From Camelus ferus (Eukaryota), in contig NC_045697.1 of assembly GCF_009834535.1 (NCBI RefSeq), forward strand, positions 80,788,001 through 80,852,000: 64,000 nucleotides of DNA, read 5' to 3'. Shown here piece by piece: positions 61,819 through 64,000 of this stretch. Both the position numbers and the translations under genes were made by a program. Positions within the stretch are counted from its first letter, which is position 1, and every line of letters starts with the position of its first letter. The notes below the pieces were generated by a model. That model ran no database searches, was not told where the DNA came from, and worked only from the letters and a program-made list of their open reading frames with translations.

Positions 61819-64000
61819 TCATCTATGTATCTAATATCTCTTTGTATTTCTGGCCTTTTATTATGAACTGCAATTTCTGAAATTAGAAGAAACAGAAAAA
61901 CAGGGAGTAATATGTATACCTGTAAAGGAAACTTAAATGTTTAGTGTTTTTCAAAATCAAATTGAGTTCATTTTATCAAATTGCAAGCATAAAGTTGATT
62001 CCATGGATTTCTAAGTTCTTTGGGGAAAAAATTTACTCTGATATATAGCTGGAGGCATTCTAAAATTATTTAAAAGTTTTCATAATTATCCTTAAGATCT
62101 AAGAAAGCTGCACACAGTTAACACTGTTCTTCTTAGGAATGTTTTTGAAAAGACTTAGCACACTGTAGCTTTCATGTAGCCTTGGGGGTGTTTACAATGC
62201 TGTATTATTGCTCAGGGATCAGCTTTATGGTACCCAAGTACACAGGACACAAATCCTCTTTAAGACTGTTTGCTTGTCTATTTAGAAGCTTTTAAAGATA
62301 TTGTCGCAAACTAATTCCAGAAGAATAAAAAAACCTGGTAAGTTCTTAAACCCCAGCAAATTCACAGTTCCATCATCAGGAAATAAAATTAGATTTGAAA
62401 TACTCCATTGATTTTTTTTTAACTTAAGAATTCTTATACTACACCTACTAAGATATTTGATAGGGAAAAACAATCCAAATTAGGACAGGAGTGGAAATCT
62501 GACTTTCACAGCCATGAACATTGCTTTTGTCAAATGACAAGACTAAAATAATTTAGTAACAAGTCTGATGTCCTTTATTCAAGGGAAAATCCATGGATTG
62601 AAGGAGTGCAGTGCCTCTTAAACACTGAAGCACCCTTTCTGAAGGGTTTTGGTCAAGAGCGAATTTTATGGAGCATTAGAAGATGTGACTCAGAAACAGG
62701 GCATGATTGCCTAGGAGGTCAGGGGTTGCCTTATAAGGCTAACAGGTCCTATTGTTCAGAGTCAAATAAGCTAGCTAAAGCTGAGTTGGAGGATTGTGAT
62801 TGGTGAATGTTAGGTTTCCTTGACAAGTATTTCCCGTAATAGGTGCAGGTTGACTTGATATTTCTGACTTGAGCTGGTCTCCATTTTGTGGATCCTGTTA
62901 TATGAATTAACTTCATCACTTTCTTTAGTAGATGCATAGCCTTGTATCATTTTAGCAATTTAATTTTTCAGATGAGAAAATTAAGGCAGTGAAGTAAGGA
63001 ATTGTAGATCCAGAATTAAGTAGTCTTAAGGGATTTTTACTCCCAATTTAGCCTCTTTCCTCAAAATATATCTATATGGTTATATATAAATAACAGTTAT
63101 AAGCTGAATTACTAAGAACAACAAAACTTTTTAAAAGCCACCGTGTTGTAAAATGAATAACCACTCTCTAACAATAGATCTACTGAAAGTAGAGTAATTA
63201 GAGCTACTGAAAGTAGAGTATAATACTTTACCTATTACCATGATTCTTCAGATGTTTCAGTTGAGAAAATATGAGCTACAACATAAAGTTGACAAGTGTA
63301 CTTGATTTTTTCGGCCTGAGCTATAATCCTCTGTTCTCTCAAGTACCCAGTACTCAAGTTTCCCCAGAACCAGGCTCTTGGTTAGCCTTTCTTGGAATTA
63401 TTATTAATTAGCCTTTCTTGGAACCATTGGTTGATCTATACCCTTTCTGGCATTTTATATAAACAACTGATGTTTAGTTGAATCCCAGGACCATTCATTT
63501 GGGGTCACTTAACATGAATTTTTAGTGGGTAGGTAAGGTGGAGAGGTCAAGGGGATGATTCTTGTTACTTTCCTAGGGCATTACTTAAAACTCCTAAATA
63601 GAGTTTTTGTTTCTTTCTTTATCTGCGAAAGTAACCCTAGGCTAATTTTGAGACATCTATAAAATGGTTGCAAAATAGCTATGAAATGCACAAAATGCTT
63701 AAACACTTTCAGAAACGTGTTAAATCTGTACAGGATGTTTTGATGAAGACATTATGTCCATTGGAGTAAACAGAGTAGACAGGGATGAAGGGCTGAAGTT
63801 CAACGAGAACTTTAAACTGAAGGTTCAGACCTGGGAGTCATTACCACCTGAGTTTGAAAGGTGAACATAAATGTAGTTTCAATACAAATTGAATGATTGT
63901 GAACTTTTTAAATGGATATGATCCTATACTTTTCTTCAATGTTTTTAATTATAGCTTAGTCAAACCATGATGATATACTGTCGTAGTCTTCTCTGGCTGC

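Overview
AT-rich, repeat-dense mammalian genomic DNA, most likely from a camelid, judged from a Vic-1-type tRNA-derived SINE at about 1.3-1.5 kb. It contains a 100-N assembly gap at 30985-31084. I found no intact, recognisable host protein-coding gene, RNA gene or CRISPR array. The window is mostly old L1, L2, MIR, MaLR/ERVL, ERV1 solo LTRs and hAT MITEs, with three mRNA-derived insertions clustered at 35.9-42.5 kb. These are (1) a ~190-nt UHRF2 RING-domain fragment truncated at both ends but still in an open frame, (2) a 5'-truncated NOL10 retrocopy fused to a MER21-type LTR segment, and (3) a full-length disabled RPSA retrocopy inside an old L1. The most interesting signals are the LTR-NOL10 chimera, bracketed by one degenerate target-site duplication and possibly a fossil of a spliced LTR-driven NOL10 isoform; the RING-only micro-ORF; and a young MER41-like solo LTR carrying a CCAAT array, an octamer and a TATA box. 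Exon-like segments of a possibly decayed, unidentified gene are reported at low confidence. Repeat family and parent-gene assignments come from my recall of consensus and protein sequences, not from database searches; boundaries of old repeats are approximate.
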